Shown here piece by piece: positions 62,806 to 64,000 of a stretch of DNA of 64,000 nt. The DNA is taken from contig ML978121.1 of NCBI GenBank assembly GCA_010015805.1, forward strand, positions 2,294,001-2,358,000, given 5' to 3'. The number at the start of each line of letters is the position of its first letter. Within the stretch, counting starts at the first letter, position 1. The position numbers were made by a program, and so were the translations under genes. The DNA comes from Rhizodiscina lignyota. Taxonomy: Eukaryota. Under the pieces are notes generated by a model. The model saw only the letters and a list, made by a program, of their open reading frames with translations, was not told the DNA's origin and searched no databases.

Positions 62806-63969
62806 TTACCGCTCTCCTTTTGTGATAACGTCGCCCATCGGGTATGGTCGGTTTTCCCAAAATCGGGGATAATATGATCCCCCAGAGACATAGCTAGAGC
62901 ATTCTCCAGGGGACTCATTATCCTCATTACAAGCAGCGTCCTCGGAATCACTGCCCAAGGGCTCAGAGCAGTCAACACCTCGGAGGCTCACGTCCGTGGA
63001 GGCTTCAGCGACTATGCCCACGACTGGAGCGGGAAGCTCATCGAACCGAAGGTCTAGTGAGGGCATAGTTATTGAAGGACGACTGCGCTTACCTTTCCTC
63101 TTCGCGCTCAGACGCTCGGGCTGTGGAGTTGTCTTCCCAAAGCGCACAAACGCGGTAACAGGCTCTTGAAAGGGTTCAAAGAGCGCTGCGCTAATCTTGG
63201 GTGTGCTTCGTGAGGTCTGTTCGGACAGCCCAGCTAAGGGAGCAGGCTCCGGGAGAGATTCGAGTATAGTCCCACCCAAATCCAACATATATGAAGGGAC
63301 ATCCATAGAAATACGGATACTCGTTTTCTTAATAGTACCCCGCCGAGGCTGTAGAGCATCCTCATCAGCCGGGAGCTCGGAAACAACAGACTCCCGAAGG
63401 GACCAATTAAACCTGAAGGGTCGCTGAGGCTGAGGTTGCATCAGCGTAGGATTGAGAGGCCTCGGTGGAGAAATTCCGGAATTACCAAATATATGGCCCT
63501 CCCATTCCGATGCGATGTGAGAGACAGGATAATTACGCTGCCGCCGATTTGGATCCGCCCAACGTTCGCGTTCGTCATTCCTCTCCTGGAGCCAACTTGA
63601 AGCGATACCGAGATCGTTACTCGACCGATCCTGATGGTTATGGTCGGAAGGACCTTGTGTTGGGTAATTGATACTGTTAGCCAACGGTTGCTCAACCTGT
63701 CTAGAACGAGCAGGCTTAGAAGGCAGATCGACACCTCGATAAGAATTATTTGGGAGATAATCCTGACCATGTGATGGGATGTATAGGTCCTCATCATATG
63801 TAGCTCTATGCCCGCGGGCCCCATAGGGCCTATAGCGGGCAGGCAAATTACCACTTCGGTGGTTATCAAGGCCACATGAAGGAGTCGGCCTCGGGGCCGT
63901 TGTTGGCATAGGAGCGCTCCGCTCGGGCTCCGCCTCGCTCTTTTTCCAGGTCACGAGCGACTTGATCAT
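62806..63969 (-). CDS. Hypothetical Pro/Ser-rich protein
   Basis: ~390-codon ORF with no recognisable domain; start uncertain near the window end. Confidence 0.5.
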   Translation of the reverse strand: MIKSLVTWKKSEAEPERSAPMPTTAPRPTPSCGLDNHRSGNLPARYRPYGARGHRATYDEDLYIPSHGQDYLPNNSYRGVDLPSKPARSRQVEQPLANSINYPTQGPSDHNHQDRSSNDLGIASSWLQERNDERERWADPNRRQRNYPVSHIASEWEGHIFGNSGISPPRPLNPTLMQPQPQRPFRFNWSLRESVVSELPADEDALQPRRGTIKKTSIRISMDVPSYMLDLGGTILESLPEPAPLAGLSEQTSRSTPKISAALFEPFQEPVTAFVRFGKTTPQPERLSAKRKGKRSRPSITMPSLDLRFDELPAPVVGIVAEASTDVSLRGVDCSEPLGSDSEDAACNEDNESPGECSSYVSGGSYYPRFWENRPYPMGDVITKGER

Positions 63970-64000
63970 GTTAAGCAAACGCGTAGACCTCTTCGTCGAG

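Overview
Gene-dense region of a filamentous ascomycete (Pezizomycotina-type) chromosome, with short GT-AG introns and CTRAC branch points. I read about 32 protein-coding genes and one tRNA-Gly(TCC). No transposon, rRNA or CRISPR array is visible. The left ~14.7 kb looks accessory/catabolic: TauD dioxygenase, DAL5-type MFS transporter, Zn2Cys6 regulator, HhH-fold protein, an intronless bacterial-type flavoprotein, a PS-decarboxylase paralogue and an MmgE/PrpD protein. The middle is mostly housekeeping: SPE3, CDC11, HSV2, COQ11-like, YAF9-like and histone H4. The most notable observations are: (1) a PQ-loop gene whose reading frame requires a single-nucleotide exon within a run of micro-exons; (2) four highly diverged paralogues of an unrecognised ~230-250 aa protein family, three of them in tandem; (3) a strongly base-paired, apparently non-coding locus at 25.6-26.1 kb; (4) a spermidine synthase intron with tandem donors and an internal acceptor leading to a premature stop; (5) a possible horizontally acquired flavoprotein. 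All functional calls come from reading motifs by eye; no searches were run.
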